Positions 29,080 to 38,178 of a DNA stretch of 64,000 bases are shown here, one piece after another. A program made the translations under genes and the position numbers. The DNA comes from an uncultured Bacilli bacterium (GTDB taxonomy: Bacteria; Bacillota_I; Bacilli_A; RF39; UBA660): positions 7,204 through 71,203 of the forward strand of contig CAKONI010000001.1 in NCBI GenBank assembly GCA_934097105.1, in the 5' to 3' direction. Each line of letters opens with the position of its first letter. The stretch's first letter is position 1. The notes under the pieces were generated by a model. That model ran no database searches. It was given only the letters and a program-made list of their open reading frames with translations, and had not been told where the DNA came from.

Positions 29080-29606
29080 TATTCCTCTTCTAGGATACCA
29101 TAATCATCGTGTTTTCTTTTATAGATAACTGCTAATTTGTTAGTTTCAATGTTTTTAAACATGTAGAAGTCATGATTTAATAGTTCCATTTGTAGGATTG
29201 CTTCTTCTTCATCCATTGGTTTTAATTCTACTGTTTTTCTTTTAACTATTTTGTTTTGATTTTCTTCTTCGGTTGTTTCAAAGTTAAGATTAAAATCTAT
29301 TTTACTTTTTGCTCTTTTGGTTTCAAGTCTTCTTTTGTTTTTAATTATTTGTCTTTCTAGTTTGTCAATAGATGTATCTACTGCTGAGTAAAAGTCTTTT
29401 CCTTCTTCTTCTACTCTTAAAGTACAGTTTTTTAGTGGTATAGTGATTTCTATTTTTTGTTTTGGTCCACGTACCTTTAATAGCACTGTGGCACTTACTT
29501 CGTCACTATTTTCAATATATTTATTTAATTTTTCTAATTTTTCTTCGGCGTAATTTTTCATTGCTTCAGTTATATTTGTTTTTTCGCCTCTTATATTTAT
29601 TTTCAT
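29079..29606 (-). CDS. hpf: Ribosome hibernation promoting factor (long form)
   Basis: 175 aa, MKINIRGEKTNITEAMKNYAEEKLEKL..; an N-terminal YfiA-like domain plus the C-terminal dimerisation extension of long HPF. Confidence 0.85.
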   Translation of the reverse strand: MKINIRGEKTNITEAMKNYAEEKLEKLNKYIENSDEVSATVLLKVRGPKQKIEITIPLKNCTLRVEEEGKDFYSAVDTSIDKLERQIIKNKRRLETKRAKSKIDFNLNFETTEEENQNKIVKRKTVELKPMDEEEAILQMELLNHDFYMFKNIETNKLAVIYKRKHDDYGILEEE

Positions 29607-29688
29607 TATATCATCCTCCTGATACTATTTTATCATATTTTTTTGCAAATAAAAACCACTTTATAGTGGATATTGTTTTTTTCTTCGC

Positions 29689-29946
29689 TTATTTTATTAA
29701 TTTTAAAAATGCATCTCTATGAAAATTATTTATACTTCTTACTGAATAGTACCTCTGTGGTTTTCCGTATTTTGAGAAGTCCATATGATAAGAGATGTAA
29801 CTTAGATTTTGTTTCTTCCAGTATATTCTTAAAATTAACTCAATCTCGTATCCGTTCAGGCCTTTGCTTCTACAGAATTCTATGATTCCATCTTTCTCTG
29901 TTGGAAAGGCTACCATTCTAATTAATTTTCTCGTCATTTTTCTCAT
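29689..29946 (-). CDS. Hypothetical small protein (82-85 aa), translationally coupled to upstream membrane protein
   Basis: Overlaps the stop of the AgrB-like gene. AAAGGA lies upstream of the second ATG (MTRKLIRMVAF..). Soluble and Tyr/Lys-rich. Possibly DUF3791-like; low certainty. Confidence 0.35.
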   Translation of the reverse strand: MRKMTRKLIRMVAFPTEKDGIIEFCRSKGLNGYEIELILRIYWKKQNLSYISYHMDFSKYGKPQRYYSVRSINNFHRDAFLKLIK

Positions 29947-30379
29947 CCTTTACTACTATATAATTCATATATGTCGACATTAGCGCACCGAGTATTATGC
30001 ATAAGAATACGCTTATTTCTATACTTGGTATGAATGCTGTTATAAGGAAGAATACTGTCCATGTAAATATTGTACATTTAAATGTAGAATTTAAATGGAA
30101 TGTTTCTCCTAAAAATGTTCTTGTGAAGAAAAATCCTATTAAAAAGAATGACAATTCTGCGAATGCATTATTGAAATAAGCAATTACGAAGACTCCTGCT
30201 GATTGTATCAACTGTAGTGGTATAGTTATTCCGTAGAATATTACGTTTTCTAGGACTCTTTCTAGTTTTTCTGCTTTTTCTTCTGCATAATATTCTATAG
30301 AACTAGTATTATTAAACCAAATTCCATTTTTATGTTTTCTTTTGTTGTTTTTGGTTTTAGTGTTTTCTTGTTTTTTCAT
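29918..30379 (-). CDS. AgrB-like membrane protein (putative cyclic-peptide processing endopeptidase)
   Basis: 153 aa with a Lys-rich N-tail and 4 TM helices. The loop between TM2 and TM3 reads FFTRTFLGETFHLNSTFKC, an R..G..H-x6-C arrangement like the catalytic His/Cys region of AgrB (RRHAHGAHAPSSFWC). Confidence 0.35.
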   Translation of the reverse strand: MKKQENTKTKNNKRKHKNGIWFNNTSSIEYYAEEKAEKLERVLENVIFYGITIPLQLIQSAGVFVIAYFNNAFAELSFFLIGFFFTRTFLGETFHLNSTFKCTIFTWTVFFLITAFIPSIEISVFLCIILGALMSTYMNYIVVKDEKNDEKIN

Positions 30380-30470
30380 TTTTCCTCCATTTATTTATAA
30401 TGGGTGACCCCCTGAAATAGTAAATTATTTTGCTAAATAACTTATTTAACTAAATTAGTCATTTTCTTTG

Positions 30471-31166
30471 CTAATTTTTTTGCGATTTTAGTTTCGTTTT
30501 TGAATTCTCCGAACCAGAACCAACTTTTGCCTTCCCATCCGTCTCTAGGCATCCATTTTCACCTCTCTTTTTTAGGTATATTTCTTTTACTAAAATAATC
30601 ATGGCCATAATTATGAAATAATCAATTGATAATAATGCTTGTGTTGTACTTCCTAATTCATCAAAATTTATACATTTTAATTTAAACACATATGTAATTC
30701 CTTGAACTACAGTGTTTACTACTAAACTTATAATCATATAAAGTATATATTTTCTTTGTCTCTTACTGTAAAAGTATCCAAAACTTAGAAAAAATATAAA
30801 CATAAATATTTGAGTTATACCACCATTAAATACTTTTGTTATTAATACATTTAATAACAAATATAAAATCGAGTAACCTAGTATTTTCTTGATACTTTTT
30901 ATTCTGAATACTAAGAGTATTATCGACCAAAAATTTAAATATAGAATGAGCCATCCTGTTAGTATTTCCCCGAATGCATTAAAATTAATCTGTTTTAAAT
31001 TTTCCATGTTAATTTGATAATTTGGGAAACCTATACTTGCTAGCATCGCGTTTGTTAGGATTAGAAATCCCATTATTATTGCTAACCATACTATTACTTT
31101 TGCTACTTTCTCGTTGATACCCAACCATTTTATAAAATCTTTCATTTTTTTCCTACCTATTGACAT
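30471..31166 (-). CDS. Hypothetical polytopic membrane protein (231 aa)
   Basis: Five to six predicted TM helices. The hydrophilic Gly/Ser/Lys C-tail is encoded by a locally GC-richer stretch. No family recognised. Confidence 0.45.
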   Translation of the reverse strand: MSIGRKKMKDFIKWLGINEKVAKVIVWLAIIMGFLILTNAMLASIGFPNYQINMENLKQINFNAFGEILTGWLILYLNFWSIILLVFRIKSIKKILGYSILYLLLNVLITKVFNGGITQIFMFIFFLSFGYFYSKRQRKYILYMIISLVVNTVVQGITYVFKLKCINFDELGSTTQALLSIDYFIIMAMIILVKEIYLKKRGENGCLETDGKAKVGSGSENSKTKLKSQKN

Positions 31167-31276
31167 TATAATACATATTACGATTTAGAAACCGCAAGAA
31201 AAACGCAAATTTCCAAAATTTACCATTTCGCATATTATTTTAACAGATATTTTGGTATTTTAAAAGGGAAAAGTTA

Positions 31277-32335
31277 CTATTTTTTTTCTTTTCCCTCTTT
31301 TTCTTTTATTATATTAGTTTTTAGTATTATATACAATATTATTATGAATAATACTATGTATATTATTGTTCCTATTAATTTATCATTTAATGTATAAACT
31401 ATACTTGCGAATGCAAATAATATATTCATTCCGTATATTGCTAGCACTGTGTTTCTGTGTGATAAACCTAGTTTTAGTAATTGATGATGTAAGTGTTCCT
31501 TGTCTGGTTTATAGATTGGTTCTTTTTTTAGTGTTCTTCTTATTATGGCAAATGATGTATCTAGTATTGGTATACCTAAAAGAAGTACTGGTATAAAGAA
31601 TGAAGTCATTGTTATTGTTTTAAATCCTAATAGGGAAATTGTTGCGATCATAAATCCTTGAAATAGTGATCCTGAATCTCCTGAGAATATTTTTGCTGGA
31701 TAAAAGTTATGGCATAGAAATCCTAGTGATGCTCCGAGCATTATAAAGGTTAATGATACATCTAGACCTCCAAAACTTGCTTTTATGAATGCTATTATTC
31801 CTATTGTTAGATAAAATATACTACATGTTCCTGTTGATAGTCCATCTAAGCCATCTATTAGATTTATTATATTGGTACATGCTAATATGAATAGTATTGT
31901 TATTGGATAAGATAATATTCCAAAGTCTATGTGCAAGTTAAATAACGTTATTTTGTCTAGGAGTATTCCTCCATAGAAGATTACTACTACGGCTGCGGCT
32001 AGTTCTCCTAGAAGTTTTGTTTTTGCTCCAATTGGACTTATATCGTCTATTACTCCGATTAATACTATTATGAATGCTCCGATTAATATGGCATTCATTT
32101 GAATACTTTGTACTCCGAATAACATATATCCAAATAGAAATGTAAGAAATATTCCTAGGCCTCCGAGTCTTGGCATTGGAACTTTGTGGACTTTTCTTTT
32201 GTTTGGGATGTCCATTGCTCCGATATGTTTTGCTATTTTTTTTATATAGAATGTTATTATAAAACTGAATAGGAAGCATACTAGAACAATTATTAGTATG
32301 TGTACGTGGTTTGTTAAATCTAACATTTTTTGCAC
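31277..32335 (-). CDS. tagO: Undecaprenyl-phosphate N-acetylglucosaminyl-1-phosphate transferase (TagO/WecA, MraY-like GT4)
   Basis: 352-aa polytopic protein with DIPNKRKVHKVPMPRLGG and DGLDGL motifs. Confidence 0.8.
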   Translation of the reverse strand: MQKMLDLTNHVHILIIVLVCFLFSFIITFYIKKIAKHIGAMDIPNKRKVHKVPMPRLGGLGIFLTFLFGYMLFGVQSIQMNAILIGAFIIVLIGVIDDISPIGAKTKLLGELAAAVVVIFYGGILLDKITLFNLHIDFGILSYPITILFILACTNIINLIDGLDGLSTGTCSIFYLTIGIIAFIKASFGGLDVSLTFIMLGASLGFLCHNFYPAKIFSGDSGSLFQGFMIATISLLGFKTITMTSFFIPVLLLGIPILDTSFAIIRRTLKKEPIYKPDKEHLHHQLLKLGLSHRNTVLAIYGMNILFAFASIVYTLNDKLIGTIIYIVLFIIILYIILKTNIIKEKEGKEKK

Positions 32336-32387
32336 CGCCTTTAGTAAATTATACCATTTTTTATAGAAAAAAAATAGATAAATGGTG

Positions 32388-33392
32388 TTATTTATCTATA
32401 TAATACAACTTTTCTAACATTATTCCTGTGCCTTCTGCTACGCATGATAGCGGATCTTCTGCTTTGCATACTGGAACTTTTAGTTCTGATTCTAATAATT
32501 TGGGAAGATTGTTTAGTAGGGCTCCTCCGCCTGTTAGAATTATTCCTTTTTCTATTATGTCTGCGGCCAATTCTGGTGGTGTTTGTTCAAGTACTACTTT
32601 TATCATTGATATTATTTTTTTTATGCTTTCTTTTAGAGCCTCTTCTATTTCTTCGCTTGTTATTGTTATTGTTTTGGGAAGTCCTCCGACTAAATCTCTT
32701 CCTTTTATTTGCATTTTTTCTTTGGAACTTCCTGATTTTACTGTTCCGATGGTTTTTTTGATGTTTTCTGCTGTTTTTTCTCCGATCAAAAGCTTATATT
32801 TTCCTTTTATATAATCTATTATGTTTTGATCGAATGTATTTCCTGCGGTTTTTATTGAAGCGCTTGTTACTATATTTCCTAGTGAAAGTACTGCGATATC
32901 TGTTGTTCCACCGCCTATGTCTACGACCATATTGCCTATAGGTTTCCCTATGTCTAGACCTGCGCCAACTGCGGCGACTTTTGGTTCTTCTTCGACGAAT
33001 ACTTTTTTTGCTCCAGTTTTTTCTGCTACTTCTTTTATGGCATTTTTTTCAACTTCTGTTATATTTGATGGGCAACATATTAGTATTCTTGGTCTTGATA
33101 TTCTGTTTCCTAGTTTTATCTTTTTTAGGAAGTTTTCTAGAAGTAGTGCGACCATATCGAAGTCTGCGATTACTCCGTCTTTCATTGGTTTTATGGCTTT
33201 TAGTTTTCCTGGTGTTTTTCCTAACATACTGTTTGCTTCTTCTCCGACTGCTACGACGTTTTTGTTTTCTTCATCTATTACTATTACACTTGGTTCGTTT
33301 AGTACTATTCCTTCGCCTTTTACATATATTAATACATTTACTGTTCCTAGATCTATACCTATATCTTTTCCAAACATATTAGTTTCCTTCAT
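32388..33392 (-). CDS. mreB: Rod-shape determining actin homolog MreB/Mbl
   Basis: MFGKDIGIDLGTVNVLIYVKG..; actin-fold phosphate 2 motif VVDIGGGTTD; the likely true start is the ATG at 33377 (MFGKD). Confidence 0.9.
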   Translation of the reverse strand: MKETNMFGKDIGIDLGTVNVLIYVKGEGIVLNEPSVIVIDEENKNVVAVGEEANSMLGKTPGKLKAIKPMKDGVIADFDMVALLLENFLKKIKLGNRISRPRILICCPSNITEVEKNAIKEVAEKTGAKKVFVEEEPKVAAVGAGLDIGKPIGNMVVDIGGGTTDIAVLSLGNIVTSASIKTAGNTFDQNIIDYIKGKYKLLIGEKTAENIKKTIGTVKSGSSKEKMQIKGRDLVGGLPKTITITSEEIEEALKESIKKIISMIKVVLEQTPPELAADIIEKGIILTGGGALLNNLPKLLESELKVPVCKAEDPLSCVAEGTGIMLEKLYYIDK

Positions 33393-34020
33393 TGTTTGTG
33401 AAGTATTTTTCTGGATCTACTAGAACATTTTTGTTATATAGTTCAAAATGTAAATGATTACCTAGGCTACTATTTATATTATTGGTCCCACTTACTGCGA
33501 TTTGTTGTCCTTTTGTTACTTTATCTTTTTCTTTTACTGTTACTTTGTCTACGCTTTGATAAACACTTATCATATTGTTATCATGTTCTATTTTTATTGT
33601 GGTTCCGGTTATGTCATCTTTTGTTATTGATGTTACTGTTCCGTCTTTAATGGCTCTTACTTGGAATACTTCTTTGCTTACGTAGTCTACTCCTGTATTT
33701 TGAATGTATGTATTTTCATAGTATATTATTGAGTCTTGTTGGTTTTCTTCTTCTCCTTGATAATCATAGAAACTTTTTCCTATTTCTACTGATTGATCTT
33801 CATATGGCCTTACTAGGTCTGTTTTTTCTACTTTTTCTTCTTTTGATACAGGCATTACGTTATCTGTTAGTATTTCATATGAGACGTATTCTAGGTTGTC
33901 TATTTGTTTATCGTTTGCTACTTTTAGAGATTGTATTGTGGCATAACTTATTAGACATACTAAACCTAGGCATGCAAATATTATTCCTTGTAATAGATAG
34001 TTTCTTGAACTTTTTTTCAT
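33379..34020 (-). CDS. M23 family metallopeptidase, membrane-anchored (possibly SpoIIQ-like)
   Basis: N-terminal TM anchor. The C-terminal LytM domain has the intact GNHLHFELY HxH motif. It lies immediately upstream of mreB/mbl. Confidence 0.7.
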   Translation of the reverse strand: MKKSSRNYLLQGIIFACLGLVCLISYATIQSLKVANDKQIDNLEYVSYEILTDNVMPVSKEEKVEKTDLVRPYEDQSVEIGKSFYDYQGEEENQQDSIIYYENTYIQNTGVDYVSKEVFQVRAIKDGTVTSITKDDITGTTIKIEHDNNMISVYQSVDKVTVKEKDKVTKGQQIAVSGTNNINSSLGNHLHFELYNKNVLVDPEKYFTNNEGN

Positions 34021-34072
34021 TTAAAATCACCTCATTATAAGTTTTAACAAATAATGAGATTTTATACGTTTT

Positions 34073-34270
34073 TTATATAATTTTAGTTATTGATGTGAAG
34101 TCCATGATGAAACTTGTTACTAAATAGATTATAGATATTGCTAAAAGTAAGTAAAATATTTTTGCTTTGATTGGTTTGTTTTTTTTAAATATTTGATTTA
34201 TGTTTAATGAATCTAGTGAGAATACTACGAGTATTGTTACTAGAAAGTAAAGTAATAATTTACCTAGCAT
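34073..34270 (-). CDS. Small two-TM membrane protein (65 aa)
   Basis: Two hydrophobic helices. Overlaps the rpiB start by 11 nt. Confidence 0.3.
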   Translation of the reverse strand: MLGKLLLYFLVTILVVFSLDSLNINQIFKKNKPIKAKIFYLLLAISIIYLVTSFIMDFTSITKII

Positions 34271-34700
34271 TTTCGTAATCCTTTATTTGGTTTATTCTTC
34301 TTTGATATTTTTCCTCTTGTAGTGGTTTTGATGTTATGAATGCATTTATCATTTCCATGGCTGTTTTTTTATTTAGATGGCTACTTAAAGCGATTACGTT
34401 TGCATTATTATGTTCTTTGGCAAGTGTTGCTTCTTCTTTTGTTGCTACTTTAGCGCACATTATTCCATTTATCTTATTTAGTATTATTGACATTCCTATT
34501 CCTGTTCCACATATGGCTATTCCTATAGTGTCTTTATTTTTTAAAACTGTTTCTCCTAGTTTTATTCCGTATTTTGGATAGTCTACTGATTCAGTACTAT
34601 TTGTTCCTAAATCTATTATTTCGTATTTTTCTGATAATTCTTTTTTTAGTTCTTCTTTTAAGGTGTATCCTCTGTGATCGGATGCTATTGCTATTTTCAT
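34260..34700 (-). CDS. rpiB: Ribose-5-phosphate isomerase B (RpiB/LacAB family)
   Basis: 146 aa: MKIAIASDHRGYTLKEELKKEL.. with the ICGTGIG motif. Confidence 0.85.
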   Translation of the reverse strand: MKIAIASDHRGYTLKEELKKELSEKYEIIDLGTNSTESVDYPKYGIKLGETVLKNKDTIGIAICGTGIGMSIILNKINGIMCAKVATKEEATLAKEHNNANVIALSSHLNKKTAMEMINAFITSKPLQEEKYQRRINQIKDYENAR

Positions 34701-34804
34701 ATGTTCCTCCTTTTTTATACTTTTACCGTATTACAAGTAAAATATATCAAATTTTTTGAATGTTGTCAACATTATTTCGTACGTTTGTTTGCACCTTTTT
34801 ATAT

Positions 34805-34830
34805 ATAAAAAAAAAGAACCTTAGTTCTTT
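34805..34830 (-). terminator. rpmE rho-independent terminator
   Basis: Minus strand: AAAGAAC-TAAG-GTTCTTT followed by T9. The rpmE stop codon is in the loop. Confidence 0.5.
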
Positions 34831-35030
34831 AATCCGTATTTTTTTCTAAATTTTTCTACATTACCCGCTGTTTGAGCTGTTCCTTGTTTTCCTGTATAGA
34901 ATGGATGACATTTTGAACATATTTCTACGTGGATTTCATCTTCTTTTGAAGTTGACATTGCTTTAAAACTTTCTCCACATAGGCAAGTAAATGTTACTTC
35001 TTTTTGTTCTATGTTTGTATTTTTCTTCAT
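34821..35030 (-). CDS. rpmE: 50S ribosomal protein L31 (zinc-binding type)
   Basis: 69 aa with the CxxC...CxxC zinc-binding pairs: [40 protein letters not shown]. Confidence 0.9.
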   Translation of the reverse strand: MKKNTNIEQKEVTFTCLCGESFKAMSTSKEDEIHVEICSKCHPFYTGKQGTAQTAGNVEKFRKKYGLKN

Positions 35031-35099
35031 TTTTTATTTCTCTCCTTCCGCCATGACTTTTGTCATAGTAATAATAATTCTTGTATAGTATAGCAAATT

Positions 35100-36374
35100 T
35101 TAACTTGTTTGGCAAGTTTTTTCTTCAATTTTTATGTCTGCGCCGACATTTTCTAATTTTTCTATAATTCCTTCATAACCACGCAAGATGTGTTCTACTT
35201 GGTTTATGGTTGTTTTTCCTTCGGCGATTAGGCCTGCGACTATTAGGGATGCTCCCGCGCGTAGGTCTGTTGCTGTTACTTCTTTTCCTTTTAAGTTTGT
35301 TTTACCTGAGATTTCCGCTACTTGATTTTTTATTTTTATTTTTGCTCCCATTTCGTTTAGATATTTTACATGCATGAATCTATTTTCATATATTGTTTCG
35401 TTTATTGTTGATTTTCCTTCTGCTTGGGTTAGTAGTGCTGACATTGGTTGTTGCAGATCTGTTGGAAAACCTGGGTAATAATATGTTTTTATTTCTACTC
35501 CAGTTAATTTATCTGCTTTTTTGCAGGTTATAGTGTCTTCTTCAATTAAAAGGTTTGCTCCGGCTTGTTTTAGTTTTGATATTAATGCATCTATATGATC
35601 TGGTATTACATTTGTAATTTTCAAACTGTTTCCTAGAAGGGCTCCGATTATTGTATAGGTTCCTGCTTCTATTCTATCCGGAATTATTTCTATGAAACCT
35701 TTTTTTAGTTTTTCTACTCCATGTATTTTTATGACACTTGTTCCGGCGCCGGTTATTTGGGCTCCCATGTTGTTTAGGAATGTTGCTACATTTACTATTT
35801 CTGGTTCTCTGGCTGCATTTTCTATGATTGTTGTGCCTTCGGCTTTTGTTGCAGCGAGCATAATGTTAATTGTGGCTCCGACTGATGCTATATCTAAATA
35901 TATTCTTGTTCCTCTTAATTTATCTGCTTTTATTATATATTTTTCTCCTTCTATTTCTACTGTGGCTCCTAGTTTTCTGAAACCATCTAGATGAAGGTTT
36001 ATTGGTCTTGTTCCTATTTTGCATCCTCCTGGGAAGCACATTTCAACGTATTTATATTTTGCTAACAAGGCTCCCATGAAGTAATATGATGCGCGAAGTT
36101 TGTCTGAAATTTCTGCGGGTATGGGTTTATTACTCATTTTTTTTGGATTTATTATCATGCTTTCTGTTGCTCTTTTTACATCTACGTCTAAGAAACTTAG
36201 GATTTCTTCGAGTGAATTTGTATCTGATATTTCTGGAACGTTACATAGTGTTACTTCTTCGTCTGTTATTATTGCAGCGGGTATTATGGCTACTGCGGCG
36301 TTTTTGGCACCGCTTATTCTAATTGTTCCACTCAGTTCTTTTTTTCCATTTATTATTATTTTTTTCATTTTCAT
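35100..36374 (-). CDS. murA: UDP-N-acetylglucosamine 1-carboxyvinyltransferase
   Basis: 424 aa: MKKIIINGKKELSGTIRISGAKNAAVAIIPAAI.. with the active-site region CFPGGCKIGTRPI. Confidence 0.9.
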   Translation of the reverse strand: MKMKKIIINGKKELSGTIRISGAKNAAVAIIPAAIITDEEVTLCNVPEISDTNSLEEILSFLDVDVKRATESMIINPKKMSNKPIPAEISDKLRASYYFMGALLAKYKYVEMCFPGGCKIGTRPINLHLDGFRKLGATVEIEGEKYIIKADKLRGTRIYLDIASVGATINIMLAATKAEGTTIIENAAREPEIVNVATFLNNMGAQITGAGTSVIKIHGVEKLKKGFIEIIPDRIEAGTYTIIGALLGNSLKITNVIPDHIDALISKLKQAGANLLIEEDTITCKKADKLTGVEIKTYYYPGFPTDLQQPMSALLTQAEGKSTINETIYENRFMHVKYLNEMGAKIKIKNQVAEISGKTNLKGKEVTATDLRAGASLIVAGLIAEGKTTINQVEHILRGYEGIIEKLENVGADIKIEEKTCQTS

Positions 36375-36578
36375 ACCTCAAATCTTTTCTATAGTAGTAT
36401 ATGCCTATATGTTTAGTGGGTTCCTATTTAGTAGGTATTTATATATTATCATTTTTTGGGTGTTTTTTCAATATTTAGGGCTTTTTTTCGTTAATAAATG
36501 GGATTTTGTGTAAAGTTTAGTAGTTTAAATTTTTATATTGTTTTTATTTTTGTTGTATGTTTTCATTTTTTTGCACAT

Positions 36579-36599
36579 AAAAAAGGGCTATGCCCTTAA
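36579..36599 (-). terminator. Rho-independent terminator downstream of 36600..38159 gene
   Basis: Minus strand: AAGGGC-ATA-GCCCTT followed by T6, directly after the stop codon. Confidence 0.5.
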
Positions 36600-38159
36600 T
36601 TATTTTATTTCTTCATAAATTCCTGTATACTTATAGCCTTGATTTATTAATGATTGATCGTTTTTACTTCTTGACCATAGAGTATATCTTTCTTTTGTTG
36701 TGTATGCATCTTTTACTGTTCTTGTTCTTTTACAGTAATAGTTGATTATTTTTGTTTCATATGCCTTTTTCTTTTCATATCTTACGAAGTGTTTTTCTGT
36801 TGTATATACAGGGATGTTTTTCTTAACTACTTTTGTACATTTTGCTGTTAATTTTTCTTTTGAATCTGATACATTTGTAGTTACGCTTGTTGTACGTACA
36901 TATTTATAATATTTATATGTTGGTGTTATTGAACATACATCATTATTACAGTTATCATAATCTATACTAGATATTACGTATTTTACATTGTTTGTATCTG
37001 ATAATGCTTGATGAGATGTTACTATTCCAACACTTTGCCATCCACCTGTTGTGTAGTATGTTTTTGTTTCATAATCTAGGAAGAATTCATAGTTTGCACA
37101 TGCCCATTTTGGATATGAATCTATGTATACTTTTACATTTCTATATACTGGTTTGTCTAAGTCTGCGACTAATTTTGGTGTTGTGGCTTTTACTGATGGT
37201 AATTTTTCATATGATACTTTTTCGTGTTTTCCCCATGCGATGTAATCGTTTTCGTCATATTCGTGTTTTTCACAGTCTGACCATTTTCCGTATTCTTTGT
37301 CATGGTTTACAGTTACAATTTTTTCATACTTATATTTATAAACTTTTTCTGGCGTATCTGGTTTATCTGGTTTATCCGGTGTATCTGGTTTATGCGTACA
37401 TGCTTTTTCGTAGGCTTTTTTAGATACAACCTTACCTTTATCATTGTAGTATTTACCATTTACTTTTTCACAATAGTGTTTATTTGGATGAACTATTTTT
37501 GTAACTTCTCTTGTAACTTCTTTTACTTTTGTTGTTACTTTGTTTGTAAATCTTTTAATTATATTTGTTCCTGAAGATGAACCTCCGGTTACTTGTTTTT
37601 CTACTTGTTTTGCTTCTTTCTTTTCACAGATGTCATTTAAACAGTAACTATAACATCCTAGATATACTATTACGTAATCTTCTTCATCACCACATTTTAG
37701 GTTTATCTTCATTTTGTATTCTTTGTCATTTTTTGTTATTTCAACATATGAAGCATTTGTATCACACATATCGCCATTTTTATCTTTTATTTCTAGAAGA
37801 AGTTTCATTTCTAACATTTCTCCAAGTGTTAGTTTTTCTGTGTCTCCTTCTTTTTTAGGTAATCTATCGGTTGTATAATATGCGATTGCAGCGTCTTTCA
37901 TTGTATCTATATTTTCTTGGAACAGTTTATCAAGTAGTGGATTTAAACCATCATTTATAGCATCTCTTATACTTGATTTTGTTGGCAAGACTAGTAATAA
38001 TAAGAATACTAGTGCCATGACTAATAATAGTCCTACTAAGAATCTTTTTATGTGATAACTAAGTGGTTGTTTATTATTATTGTTATTGTTCATATTTGGA
38101 TATTGGTTATTAAAGTTATTATTGTAATATCCATTGTTATTTTCTTCATAATTATTCAT
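36600..38159 (-). CDS. Poly-Asn-tailed single-pass membrane protein with large Cys-rich extracytoplasmic domain
   Basis: The N-terminal 40 aa are almost pure Asn/Tyr/Glu. A TM helix (LVGLLLVMALVFLLLLVL) follows, then a ~440-aa Lys/Tyr/Cys-rich domain that includes a PDKPDKPDTPDK linker. Confidence 0.55.
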   Translation of the reverse strand: MNNYEENNNGYYNNNFNNQYPNMNNNNNNKQPLSYHIKRFLVGLLLVMALVFLLLLVLPTKSSIRDAINDGLNPLLDKLFQENIDTMKDAAIAYYTTDRLPKKEGDTEKLTLGEMLEMKLLLEIKDKNGDMCDTNASYVEITKNDKEYKMKINLKCGDEEDYVIVYLGCYSYCLNDICEKKEAKQVEKQVTGGSSSGTNIIKRFTNKVTTKVKEVTREVTKIVHPNKHYCEKVNGKYYNDKGKVVSKKAYEKACTHKPDTPDKPDKPDTPEKVYKYKYEKIVTVNHDKEYGKWSDCEKHEYDENDYIAWGKHEKVSYEKLPSVKATTPKLVADLDKPVYRNVKVYIDSYPKWACANYEFFLDYETKTYYTTGGWQSVGIVTSHQALSDTNNVKYVISSIDYDNCNNDVCSITPTYKYYKYVRTTSVTTNVSDSKEKLTAKCTKVVKKNIPVYTTEKHFVRYEKKKAYETKIINYYCKRTRTVKDAYTTKERYTLWSRSKNDQSLINQGYKYTGIYEEIK

Positions 38160-38178
38160 AGTTATACCCCCTTATTAA

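Noticed and set aside
29689-29946. 82-85-aa ORF downstream of the AgrB-like gene considered as AgrD propeptide
   Set aside because: It is too long and lacks the amphipathic N-terminal helix and conserved Cys/Ser processing context of AgrD. Kept as a hypothetical coupled gene.
31938-32279. 113-aa minus-strand ORF rich in Arg/Ser/Asn
   Set aside because: Alternative frame entirely inside tagO, with a low-complexity basic product. It is a frame artefact.
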